From the NCBI GenBank assembly GCA_050173015.1, contig JBFXLE010000001.1:343087-394435 (forward strand): a stretch of DNA of 51,349 nucleotides. The letters are read 5' to 3'. The notes beneath the pieces were generated by a model. It ran no database searches. It saw only the letters and a program-made list of their open reading frames with translations, and was not told the DNA's origin. The translations under genes were made by a program, and so were the position numbers. The DNA comes from Calditrichaceae bacterium. Its GTDB lineage: Bacteria; Calditrichota; Calditrichia; Calditrichales; JBFXGD01. Numbering within the stretch: the first letter of the stretch is position 1; every line of letters begins with the position of its first letter. Below, piece by piece: positions 12,001 through 18,253 of this stretch.

Positions 12001-12829
12001 TTTCCTGCGTGGAATGACAGACAGGGCCATTCTCGCATTTTCAATTTCCAATCAGGGATATGAGGATAATTTAAATGTGAATGCGGTCGAGATTGGATTA
12101 CATTCAACTTTCGGCGTACCTTCGCCGGATAACCTCCTCAACCAGCTGGCGTTAGCTAATATGATGAAGAGTCTGAAAGTTGTGAACTATGAGCAGTACA
12201 AAAACGGATTGTCTAAAAATACCGCGGTTCAGCGGCCAAAGGTTTTTGCTGAATATCAGATCGATGAATCTTCGGATAATCCCGTTTGGATGGATTTCGC
12301 ATTAGTGGATACGCTTGAAGCCGGTGCGGTGGATACGATAATTGTTCTGGCGGAATTACAGACCGAAGCGGAAAACAGGAGTTTTAGGACAGTGTTGAAA
12401 CATGTAAATGCCTATGATGTGGATCCATCTGTTCCGCTGGCGATTAAGGATGCTCAGGGTGTGGATATTAATGAAAGCCAAAGTTATACGTCGGAAGCTT
12501 TTACGGTGATTTCCTCAAATCCACAAGAAGCATTCAGAAATTATCCGAATCCCTTCGGCCGGAATGAAGAGTTTACAACGATCGTATTTCAACTTGATCA
12601 TGATTCAGATGTGGAAATCAGGATTTTCACTCTGCTTGGTGAACTGGTTTGGACGAAAATACTGCCAAATCAGATTGCCGGTCTGCACTATGACGACGTC
12701 CGGTGGAATGGCAAAAATGACCGTGGTTATGTTGTTTTGAATGGGGTTTATCTCTGCGCTATTGATATTAAGCCTAAAGGTGGCGGATCGAGGCAGAAAT
12801 TTATTACAAAAATTGCTTATATAAAATAA
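2..12829 (+). CDS. Giant multi-Ig-domain surface protein/adhesin (>4270 aa, 5'-truncated) with invasin/intimin Big_1-like repeats, other beta-sandwich repeats and a C-terminal T9SS type-A/FlgD-Ig-like sorting domain
   Basis: The frame is open from position 2 (YIADQLADW...), so the true start lies upstream of the window. The protein is S/T/G/V/D/N-rich and beta-strand-like. Big_1-like motifs recur (GDGQTDTV..L..PL.VQV.DS.GNPV.GV.V.F). The C-terminus NYPNPF...VEIRIFTLLGELV...WNGKNDRG..V.NGVY...KIAYIK is the typical FCB secretion CTD/FlgD-Ig pattern. Confidence 0.9.
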   Translation, partial: YIADQLADWTTTGSLDAAGSLGASSFTFNPTTAPTSGTIEATVGSIKDATGTITVSVGAVNYVKIRDAANNNGTEIGAVNLTVGQILYLYAAGYDSEDNYNSDVAVDWHVTGTLQGLGDSIGTSSTTLTPLTAGSGEINITNGSGWTNDATGTITVQSGALKSIKIRTATNNGGSELGNYSGQAGSTLDLFAAGYDSYENYLGDQTVAWTVDGDSIGFFSQTDSSTSNTINFTTVNASQIKISRGVLNDYSGIVKVRAGAAFAAARISPETVSGKVNDFISDSLGVVVTDAYGNLVPTVNVAWSTPSDGSLNPVNDVTDSQGISRSKWHLMTTVGTDTARAQVTGIGTPVEFYASTLTSTADSLKYYSGDGQTDTVAQLLSQPLTVQVIDSLGNPVSGVSVTFSVTSHPAAGGHDFVLNPVSASSDGGGFVSTNFTLGSKVGDYVIAAYNSQLLNSPVSFTVSATADVADRLVIVSGDNQTGTAGVALSQPNKLRAVDAYDNPVQGVTINWTPSADGSVNHTGLTTNASGLDSVTWTLQSAAGSDLLTASSPGLTSVDFSATVNPASGDHFVILSSQDSIKVGTSRLLEVALEDAFDNRVSSGQSVTFNRLHGNGLFSNGSGLITKTTDNTGVASALYTVSDSLLYIRDSVEVVFGGVRDTIVLPLKAGNVSYYTFTPSGNNSIAAGGSVNYTLTAHDQFGNPVVNSDQITLSAIGSATAVFSGGPFQFSNSSALNFSVSDNTKGSFTVRAAKSTNTEIKGESGLITVNAAVAEHFVIISSQDAITTDTERLLQVGLEDVHNNRLPASQTVTFRRFNGNGLFSNGLDNINDDTDASGIAEARYTASDSLYYLRDSVEVSFGGILDTIVLPLKAGKVSYYTFTPSGDNTITAGGSVNFTLTARDQNGNEVVNSDQVTLSAVGSATAVFAGGPFVFSSSSTLNFSVSETKKGSFTVRAVKSTNTEVKGESGLITVNPAALNYVLVRTEANNGGIEFADSTFTADNLVNFFSAGYDQYDNYRSDVVVNWTSLGGLDPVTSTGSKFAFNPILAGVTGQIVATHSTYPAVDADTSGIITINPGNLASLRVQINDLNGGPELSDSTITADDFIDVYAVGYDADGNYRGRVSSSWTRSGVISSISPANPTDSLHIEGTLKGTGSVRATAVSNTSVYDNTGLITVNPGAVSYVKIRSESNGGGIEIADSTLAVGQVLNLYSAGYDSDNNFSQNAPVNWNVTGGLTGLGNSTNVYVTTLTPTSPGSGAVQVTNINGWTNDATGTITVQTGELASIRIQTATGAGGAELGAYNATAGGSLDLYAEGYDIKGNYISPINVFWTVDGDSIGAFTQTDSATTNTINFTLANSAQLKIIRGSLNDYSGIIKVRPGAAFAITKITPDTVSGKVNDFISDSLGIRVVDAYNNLVPGASVTWSINSDGTLNPLSDVTDSQGVSRSKWRLKTTVGLDSASAAVAGITSPVTFYANALSSSANTLVYVSGDSLTGTVQDTLAQPFVVRVEDNFGNPVSGVSVTFSVTDHPVNAEHNFNFTQESGLSDASGNVQTFFQLGSKAGQYQISAFNSQLNNSPIKFTSFAVPDTADQILIVSGNNQTGTVGQPLVQYLKVRSVDAYNNPVQGVTIDWTPSLDGSVDHSGLVTNSSGLDSVIWTMRTASGKDTLTVSSPGKTPVVFYAQANADVANTIIAYAGNNRTSIAGGNQQIIAQVQDQYGNFVKDQTVQFIPTQYISNLTDKSDENGLARSLYTTPKKADSSFAKAYITGLVDTAAFKIYGIRYVSNSLEPKVVMPGDTTTFYVKVSNPGVDIVPLDTSRSEFIINDTDYSITTKLDSPLTLPARSLENMLKFKPTVINGGFLSGKYTPEIHLVGRDAYSGMNGTLTTDAVELSIEPLRIVAITILDPASKIVRKGDSINKIQMRIRNTSMYTIRSLSADLTFTPDYGFSEVQISGPDSLLSDSDGIYEFSLDIPFGANPDTITVDGIVMGRYSGTGDLISDTESSITDQFVVANAAVLTFVDYSPKTISAGQNVQFTAQVKNDGVYDVLLNKLSTNIDFGSQKFNLSANQALAGAGTTTTLNFTAADLTIPGGAKYEGLLVLNGTENGAIFNDSLITGDSLNVQNPAVIQINSIIASGTDISQGADTLVTIDVTNTGQASLRVDSLIVIPYGVPVSIAPVLPNTLTGGETRQFDARVTVPTGPDTGLVTIDARGKGIDVNSGSVITAASAAATDSWNVFTPPVISITQIAHVNPEDSLVSQGQAKIPVSVTIKNNGGTSVSINNLNLVAKIGLYSHKWPALPIPLAGHSEITITDSVLVQTNSATGHDTLYASVGYQNNYSGKSSNLTSATFMAWEVTGKPLVEIISVSAVKDFVSQGQTAVNVNVRVKNVGTSPARVETLALNYKNGNGNYTFNPVSPVLPRTIDSGLSQVFTVPVNVNFDAQTGPDTMYASINLTELLSQQNFDITDTTVTDTWQVQQRPQVVIDSVTVTPQLVSTSQTNLRATVYMRNAAGTYRADAQVDSVRLKLMTSGAVERNDLFTITRNSSPSIPLILKPGSSTRFDYNLATLGSTLSDNYSVDGYTGTRDINDGMLTIQDGAVVPGSLTVEQAALLAVNSVAINPDTLSQGQSHGRLSISVTNSGEADAVINSNQLSVSPPINLGPVLISHSTPFNLAGGITDTLIYSLVIPSGYTGTVGVNNTIFGKDSNSGADLSASSGSPGQFFVETPAALSVFETTPNASPGDTTIQFRVKVVNTGEATVELDSNLTTIEIQGTSYLIGLAGTSPQTIRAFPDTTELVFRSTLITGIQSQEYPLRLHVRGTSNKAAYQSDHDAGIFAYGAGLVSITSVGIVGDNRVIPGQTGIQVIMTVSNSGIPLQIDPAGTTLILKSAADGSIRNVNNLNRTDTLTVLKTSSNNRLQFVFDLPDPFPLGQTNIFGQISLDNGNLVKESATFEDMIVLSKANISYVSGSMNPDTLIRRQTDSFAFTFYNAGSADLALNPDSSYMEILSSPISRKYLAGKFTLGGLDSTEILFNSLTVPVTMDTVIYNVKWRLKGILLNGSDYEKEEIIFGVLKIIPEARLIFTQINILPETVRQGQNDISINYTLANIGKSSAAISKIDYIFNAGATNVSTQWLPSTINLFPDTLIAGQSRTYSINYNLSQSATTGIVKPKPIVSYRDLRTSTFTDTSKTIVFGDSVLVIRPALVGIDSLKIIKDALAPNAPNVNQNEPFNLLLRLVNNGADTIRTAYVSLSRDDNFLQQLVMTDIAPFNYKTLIYSSPGLAIDGSTIYKVKIDSAIELTGNLVTIQQPVDNLETVVVQTASSLALNAAIVSPVGAVDGIISVGTKFKLRADVTRVSGISPYGNGRMTLSLPDTVHYKFDSDVAEKIFTQSQAYAEWNLEALAVSSGGIFDSLRIQMNEIPIDLNTGSAVTTVKTMDTVLVRTDEAGLVTADISIASPEGARDSVISTGQEFVLHTEIAFNQSVRDTGRVAQIVLPSGFSVKTSSIIDLPTTPTAAVDWEIVAPASPTQGTVNISVRINGYDNNSGVPVQTTSNLLPVRVVLKSSLVLGLKIVEPAGATDDTVSVGQTLKLEGLVTLQPGTAAISGTGKASILLSPEFTLMDPDTQRTFTVGIPFYWWVRVDGASTKSAASMAELKSILNGMNNKDSSPDLYDGGVERLDGPVNNVDLRKVVKEALMVTAAAKDAYQITVKVDSIPLDVNTQLPATINETQTKTIYTEDSATLSIVSTEAPDTVSSGQTFTYGVTGAISSNLANPVAYLLMPEKFGGAVIARALDINNQATWDIAVPANYTGTGKDTIEVFLTGIDRNSGEATDPTPLVANPLTVQLRPKLSLKHTLLSPVSSQAGLLSFGQEVIVELWAEYAENTSGLDYASVQGSGAISLDSALVIQNGFTLVEGETFKKTFTQLGQKLVWRIKAPLSERTVSINFSFAGLPIDKNSGLSAEIDIMTGLVSLPVRVRQKNITVLMLNELIVDKSFLRGMTDRAILAFSISNQGYEDNLNVNAVEIGLHSTFGVPSPDNLLNQLALANMMKSLKVVNYEQYKNGLSKNTAVQRPKVFAEYQIDESSDNPVWMDFALVDTLEAGAVDTIIVLAELQTEAENRSFRTVLKHVNAYDVDPSVPLAIKDAQGVDINESQSYTSEAFTVISSNPQEAFRNYPNPFGRNEEFTTIVFQLDHDSDVEIRIFTLLGELVWTKILPNQIAGLHYDDVRWNGKNDRGYVVLNGVYLCAIDIKPKGGGSRQKFITKIAYIK
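170..5060 (+). repeat. Intragenic long duplication: about 170-1700 repeated at about 3536-5060 (offset 3366 nt), plus about 101-aa 'x(A/S)xGYD..xNY' domains
   Basis: GYD motifs occur at nt 269, 572, 3023, 3329, 3635 and 3938 (spacing 303-306 nt). Segments such as GWTNDATGTITVQ, SGKVNDFISDSLG and DVTDSQG.SRSKW occur in both copies. Confidence 0.9.
1706..2925 (+). repeat. Tandem intragenic duplication, 2 x 615 nt (205 aa)
   Basis: HFV(I)(L/I)SSQD begins at 1709 and 2324. Both copies share LPLKAG.VSYYTFTPSG.N.I.AGGSVN.TLTA.DQ.GN.VVNSDQ and KGSFTVRA.KSTNTE.KGESGLITVN, with visible nucleotide similarity. Confidence 0.92.
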
Positions 12830-12843
12830 GTGAGATAGCGAGT

Positions 12844-14769
12844 ATGCAAATATTAAAAAAAATATTTAATAGAACAGAAGGCTTATTCGTCACTGTTTTC
12901 GCAATTTTGATATTTTCTTCCGGAGCGGTTGCCCAGGATGGACAGGGTGGGACGGAGAGCAACCTGAGTTTTGGTTATGGCGCCCGCTCGATGGGCATGG
13001 GTCATGCCTTTACAGCCATTGCGGATGATCCGACCGCTGTTTTCTGGAATCCTGCCGGCCTGGAATATATTTATCAACAAAGTGTTACTCTCTTTCACAT
13101 GTCTTTGTTTGAAGGCACGAATTATGATTTTCTCGGCTATGCATTCCCTACTCTTGGGTTGGGGACTTTTGGACTGGGTATTGGACGTATTGGAGTCGGT
13201 GAAATTTTACAGACGGACAGGGATAATGTTTATTTAGGAGAATTTTCTCAGGAAGATTATGAGTTTTATTTCTCATATGCCAAAAAATTGCCATGGGATT
13301 TATCATCAGGGGCAACGATTAGGGTTGTAAGGCGCTCGTGGAGTAACCTGTATGATGAAGGAAGTTTAAATGATATGGGTGTCGGTCTCGATTTAGGTAT
13401 CATGTATCGGCCGGGCTGGTTTACAAACAGATGGCTTCAGGATTGGTCTTTCGGGTTAAATATTCATAACTTATTTCCTCCGCAAGTTAAAGAAGGCATC
13501 GGTGTTGACGATTATCCGATGACCGTCCGCTTGGGTCTTAACAAAATAATCAGATTTGCCGGTGGAGGAGCATTAAACCTGGCCTTTGATTTTGATTATT
13601 CTGAAAAAAGAGATTTAAAACTGAATATGGGGACGGAGTATAGTTTTAGAGACATGGGAATGCTCAGACTGGGTATGGATACCAACGGGTTGACATACGG
13701 CGCCGGAGTTGAATATCGTTTCTTCCAGATAGATTATGGATTTGGCTCTACCGAGTACAGTGATTATTTCTCAGCGGTTCACCGAATTTCGCTGACGTTC
13801 AATTTCGGTTTGACCAGGGACGATCTTTTTACTATTGCCGAGGCCAAACGACAGGAAGAGGAAGATCGTATCATCGCCGAAATACGCGAGGCGGACAGGC
13901 AGCAGTCAATTGTCACACACCTGAAACTGGCGGATGAGTATTTTAACACTGAGAAATATCTGGATGCGATTGTTGAATATCAGCAGGTTATCGGACAGGA
14001 TCCGTTCCATTTCAGGGCAAAAGTGATGCTGGATTCTTCGAATACCATGCTACAGAAAGGTTTTGAATCACAACAGGCTCTCGCGGTCAAAGACGCCCTG
14101 GATAAAGACCGGGCTGAGAATGACAGACGCTATGTGAATGAGCATTTTGAGAAAGGTCGTTTATTCCTTGATAAAAAACAGTTTACAGAAGCATTAATCG
14201 AGTTTAATATATCTCTCGAACGCGATCCGAAGAATGAAACATTGTTGAATGCTATTTCTACTACAAAAAGAAGGCTTTCGGAGGAGATTAACAGCCTTGT
14301 TCGTAAGAGCAGGGAAGAATTTAAAAACCAGAATTATTCCGAAGCGTTGCGACTTCTTGCCGACGCAAGATTGCTTGGTGGGCAGAATGCCGAGTTACAG
14401 ACGGAAATCGAAGCTTTGGCTCAAAGAATAAAATTACAGGAAAATATTCAACAAGGCTTGCTTTTGTACGATATAGGAGAGTATAGTAAAGCATTACAGC
14501 TATTTGAAGGCGTTTTGGATATGGATCCTGAAAATCCGTTGGTTAAACAGTATGTTGAACGGTCGAAAGTCGAAACCATAGGCAAAGAAGATGAAATGGA
14601 TCCGGATGCGGAACGACTTTATCACGAAGGTGTAGAAAAATTTCTCATCGGTAAATATCAGGATGCGATCGGTCTATGGGAAGAAATTTTAATCAAACAT
14701 CCTTATAATAAGAAGGTCCTGGCGGCAATAAAAGGCGCAAAAGAACGTCTTAAGAGCACAGGCAAATAA
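12844..14769 (+). CDS. PorV/PorQ (UPF0164)-family outer-membrane beta-barrel fused to a C-terminal coiled-coil/TPR region
   Basis: Signal peptide ending AVA-QD. Signature GARSMGMGHAFTAIADDPTAVFWNPAGL. The barrel ends ...VHRISLTFNFG (about nt 13809) and is followed by TPR-like repeats (YLDAIVEYQQVIGQDP, FTEALIEFNISLERDPKN, YSKALQLFEGVLDMDPEN, YQDAIGLWEEILIKHP). Confidence 0.85.
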   Translation: MQILKKIFNRTEGLFVTVFAILIFSSGAVAQDGQGGTESNLSFGYGARSMGMGHAFTAIADDPTAVFWNPAGLEYIYQQSVTLFHMSLFEGTNYDFLGYAFPTLGLGTFGLGIGRIGVGEILQTDRDNVYLGEFSQEDYEFYFSYAKKLPWDLSSGATIRVVRRSWSNLYDEGSLNDMGVGLDLGIMYRPGWFTNRWLQDWSFGLNIHNLFPPQVKEGIGVDDYPMTVRLGLNKIIRFAGGGALNLAFDFDYSEKRDLKLNMGTEYSFRDMGMLRLGMDTNGLTYGAGVEYRFFQIDYGFGSTEYSDYFSAVHRISLTFNFGLTRDDLFTIAEAKRQEEEDRIIAEIREADRQQSIVTHLKLADEYFNTEKYLDAIVEYQQVIGQDPFHFRAKVMLDSSNTMLQKGFESQQALAVKDALDKDRAENDRRYVNEHFEKGRLFLDKKQFTEALIEFNISLERDPKNETLLNAISTTKRRLSEEINSLVRKSREEFKNQNYSEALRLLADARLLGGQNAELQTEIEALAQRIKLQENIQQGLLLYDIGEYSKALQLFEGVLDMDPENPLVKQYVERSKVETIGKEDEMDPDAERLYHEGVEKFLIGKYQDAIGLWEEILIKHPYNKKVLAAIKGAKERLKSTGK

Positions 14770-14790
14770 TAATCATGGATATGATCTTAC

Positions 14791-17700
14791 ATGTTTAAAA
14801 ATGTAAAAAAAGAAGAAATCACAATTCCGGCTCAGATGAGCTATCTGGTTCAGATACGGGATTTTGTTGAACATATCGGCAAAAAGTACCGATATGATGA
14901 AAAACTGATCAACTCTTTTAAGCTCGTTATTGATGAAGCATGTACAAATGTTATTCGCCATGGTTACAGAGATATCAAAAATGGTGAAATCACTGTTAAG
15001 GCCATTGCCCGCAGATTAAGCCTGACAATCGTCATTATCGATCAGGGACACACATACGATCCGAGACAAGCCAATACGCCCGATCTCGCGAAATATGTGG
15101 ATATCGGTAAAAAAGGCGGTTTGGGAATCATGATGATGCGAAAGCTCATGGATGATTTGCAGTACGCAGTTACCGAACGGGGCAATGAATTCAGGCTTAC
15201 CAAAAAACAGGAACCGCCTGAAGAATCTAAATTTATCAGCAAATGGCGGGCTTTTTCCTTAAGGGCCAAATACTCCCTGGTCGCATCACTTATACTCACT
15301 ATCATCACTACTTTTATTTTTTCCATATTTATTTTTGATGTCAGAAATGATGTTGACGAAGAAGTTTTTGCCCAGGCGGCATCCAATTGTCGTTCCCTCG
15401 CGGATAACGCGATTGACGATCTTCTGAATGAAAATACGCTGGGTTTATTTGAAAAGGCGCGTTCTGTAAAAAACAACAATGAAAAAATAATCCTGGAAGC
15501 ATTTGTTGTACTGCCTGATAACAGAATTGAGGCAAGAAGCACGCCGCTTAAAATGGATGGCCCCGGAAATTATTCAATTCCGGAGAATGCCGTTCAGCTG
15601 GATAGTTTACCTAATGTGAGAGTAATGAGCTATAGTTTAGGCGATAGTAGTCATATTTTTGACCTGTCAACAAATATTCGTCAGTCTTTGTCAGGTGAAG
15701 GCCCGACACTTGGAGAAGTTCATATTTGGGTTGATGAGCGGTCATTAATCGACCTTGCTTCCGCTAAGCGCCTTCGTTTAATCCTTTATTTATTTGTAAT
15801 AATAGCTATTGGTTATGTGGGTGCATTCTTTTTGATCCACCGCATCCTCACACCATTCCAGAATCTTGCTGAATGGGTGCGGCAGGTTGTACATGATAAA
15901 GTTGATCAGGATGAAATTGATATTGATACATCGGATGAACTTGGTGAAATTGCTCAGGCCATTAATGACATGAATTTTAAATTCCGTGAAGCCCAGGTAA
16001 ATCTGATGGAGCAGCAAAAATTGCAGAAGGAATTGCAGGTTGCTCAGGAAATACAGCAGATGCTTCTCCCGAGCGATTTCCCAAAAGTTGAAGGATTTGA
16101 GATTTCATCTTACTATGAAGCGGCAAAGGAAGTGGGCGGTGATTTATTCGATTTTGTTGAAGTCGATGAAGATACTATCGGGATAATTGTCGCTGACGTG
16201 TCCGGAAAAGGGGTTCCCGGATCACTTATCATGACCATGATACGTACCGCTCTGCGTCTGGAGTCACGTGGAAATAAAAATCCGGCGGATGTACTGGCTA
16301 AAGTAAACCGGTTTGTAACGGATGATATGAAACGAGGCATGTTTGTTACCATGTTTTATATCATTCTTGACTCGAGAAATAGAATCATTCATTATGCGAG
16401 CGCCGGACATAATCCGATGATTTTATACCGGGGATCAGCTAAAAAGACATACTACCTTAATCCATCCGGATTTCCCGTAGGAATTCAACTGCCCGATATT
16501 ACCCTGTTCGACAGGAAGATCGAGACAGATTCCATACGGTTAAGAGAAGATGATATTCTTGTGCTCTACACCGATGGAATTACAGAAGCAATGAATTCCA
16601 AAAGGGAATTGTACAGGGAAGAACGATTCCTGGACGCCATTCGTAATAACGGTCATCTTGATGTCGCGGAATTTGTAAGAAGTGTCAAAGATGATCTGAA
16701 AACATTTACCGGAGGCGCCCCTCAAAATGACGATATCACTTTCGTTTCGGTGAAAGAAAAATTAATGCCGGGCGAGGTGATTTACAAAATTCATAAGGAA
16801 TTACTTGATTTAATATCAAATGGAACCCGGGTGAAGGATGCATGTGATCAGATGCGGGTCTCTCAATATCATTATTACAAATATAAGAGCATTGTTGAAG
16901 AAGGCGGGTTAGACGCCCTGAGAGAATATCTCGAAGGGCAGGATTATGTTGAGAAAAAACATTTATCGGTGGAAGTTAAAGCCAAGGTCTTTGATATCAT
17001 TCGCAAACATCCGGAATATGGCGCGAATCGTATTTCTAATGATCTGAATACAGAGCTTTATGGTTTTGAAAAAGTTGATCCGCAGAGACTTTACAATGAA
17101 TTAGTTAAGTTAAAATTAAACACAAAGGAACAGCGGGTTAAATTTGTTAAGAAAGGTGATAAGAGGGCGCTTAAACAACCTGGCACGCCATTATTAACGC
17201 TTGATGGTAAAGTAATTATGAATTTTCAGTCCTCTGAAAGTGAGATCGCTAAGCGTAAAGGCGAACCTACCCAGAAACTGACAAGTCTGCCGATCGAATC
17301 GAAAAAAGCCGTTGTAAGGGAATTTAATACCGATAAAGCCTCAAAAACTGAAAAACAGGGCTCAGAAAGCGTATCTCCCCTTTTCCAGCATCAGACGGAA
17401 AAGCCTGCTGAGCCAGTTAAAGAACCTGATAAAGAGAAATTATCTGAAAAGGTTCCTCCGGCTGAGCACAAAACACCTGAACCAAAACAAGAACCTGAGG
17501 CGGTTCCAGGTCAGGAAAATGATAACAAAGAAACCATCACGGTCAATCAGGATGAGATATTATTTAAGCCAAAAGAACAAAGTGAAAAAAACAGAGAAGA
17601 CCGCGCTGATCGAGCTAAAGAAAAAAGTGATCAGATAGAAAGATTAGCCAGAAAACAGACAAGAGAAGATTTGTTAGCCACGGTGACTATAGAGACCGAT

Positions 17701-18192
17701 TCAGCGGAATTGGCGCACTTTTTTAATTCCATCGCCGACGATCTTGCAGGTATCTCATCTCTTATTAAGGGGATTGATGCCAGTGCCGATGGCGCCCAGG
17801 AGATGAAAAAAATTAATTTAATATTAAAAATTATGTTAAAGAATCCGATATTAAGAAAGCTGCCGGATGTCCAAAGGATTTATAAGCAGGCTCAGGAATC
17901 GGTCGCTCTTCTAGAGTCTAAGTTTAAGGATTTGGGTAAAGAATTTGCTTATTCCAAATTAAAAGACTTATTGAAATATGTCGAAAAAGATTATATATTG
18001 AGTGCTCAATCATCATTAACTGAAGTTAATAATAAAATCGGTATCATTCGCCGTCACATAACTGCAAAATTATCTGCAGCAAAAACTAAACAATCAAGTG
18101 AAATGGATCTTGCCCGGAAAAAGTTGGCTCAGAAAAAAATAGTCAGCAATGCTTCATTGCTGGAATCGTTAGTAAAGAATGACAAGAATTAA
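14791..18192 (+). CDS. Membrane-bound partner-switching regulator: RsbW-type Ser kinase (HATPase_c_2), TM, periplasmic domain, TM, HAMP, SpoIIE/PP2C phosphatase, HTH region, charged linker and helical C-terminal domain
   Basis: N-terminal kinase motifs LVIDEACTNVIRHGY, DQG..YDP and GGLGIMMMRKLMDD. Two hydrophobic helices. HAMP motif DELGEIAQAINDM. PP2C motifs AAKEVGGDLFD, ADVSGKGVP, SAGHNP, LYTDGITEA and QNDDIT. Confidence 0.9.
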   Translation: MFKNVKKEEITIPAQMSYLVQIRDFVEHIGKKYRYDEKLINSFKLVIDEACTNVIRHGYRDIKNGEITVKAIARRLSLTIVIIDQGHTYDPRQANTPDLAKYVDIGKKGGLGIMMMRKLMDDLQYAVTERGNEFRLTKKQEPPEESKFISKWRAFSLRAKYSLVASLILTIITTFIFSIFIFDVRNDVDEEVFAQAASNCRSLADNAIDDLLNENTLGLFEKARSVKNNNEKIILEAFVVLPDNRIEARSTPLKMDGPGNYSIPENAVQLDSLPNVRVMSYSLGDSSHIFDLSTNIRQSLSGEGPTLGEVHIWVDERSLIDLASAKRLRLILYLFVIIAIGYVGAFFLIHRILTPFQNLAEWVRQVVHDKVDQDEIDIDTSDELGEIAQAINDMNFKFREAQVNLMEQQKLQKELQVAQEIQQMLLPSDFPKVEGFEISSYYEAAKEVGGDLFDFVEVDEDTIGIIVADVSGKGVPGSLIMTMIRTALRLESRGNKNPADVLAKVNRFVTDDMKRGMFVTMFYIILDSRNRIIHYASAGHNPMILYRGSAKKTYYLNPSGFPVGIQLPDITLFDRKIETDSIRLREDDILVLYTDGITEAMNSKRELYREERFLDAIRNNGHLDVAEFVRSVKDDLKTFTGGAPQNDDITFVSVKEKLMPGEVIYKIHKELLDLISNGTRVKDACDQMRVSQYHYYKYKSIVEEGGLDALREYLEGQDYVEKKHLSVEVKAKVFDIIRKHPEYGANRISNDLNTELYGFEKVDPQRLYNELVKLKLNTKEQRVKFVKKGDKRALKQPGTPLLTLDGKVIMNFQSSESEIAKRKGEPTQKLTSLPIESKKAVVREFNTDKASKTEKQGSESVSPLFQHQTEKPAEPVKEPDKEKLSEKVPPAEHKTPEPKQEPEAVPGQENDNKETITVNQDEILFKPKEQSEKNREDRADRAKEKSDQIERLARKQTREDLLATVTIETDSAELAHFFNSIADDLAGISSLIKGIDASADGAQEMKKINLILKIMLKNPILRKLPDVQRIYKQAQESVALLESKFKDLGKEFAYSKLKDLLKYVEKDYILSAQSSLTEVNNKIGIIRRHITAKLSAAKTKQSSEMDLARKKLAQKKIVSNASLLESLVKNDKN

Positions 18193-18253
18193 ATCCGCAA
18201 CATTAAGCGGAATGAGAATTGCATAAATAAATTCCCGTAGAAGGAGGATTTGA

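Noticed and set aside
16777-17145. An active IS481 element inserted in the regulator gene
   Set aside because: There is no DDE domain, inverted repeats or target duplication, and the reading frame is continuous, so it was treated as a fused domain instead.
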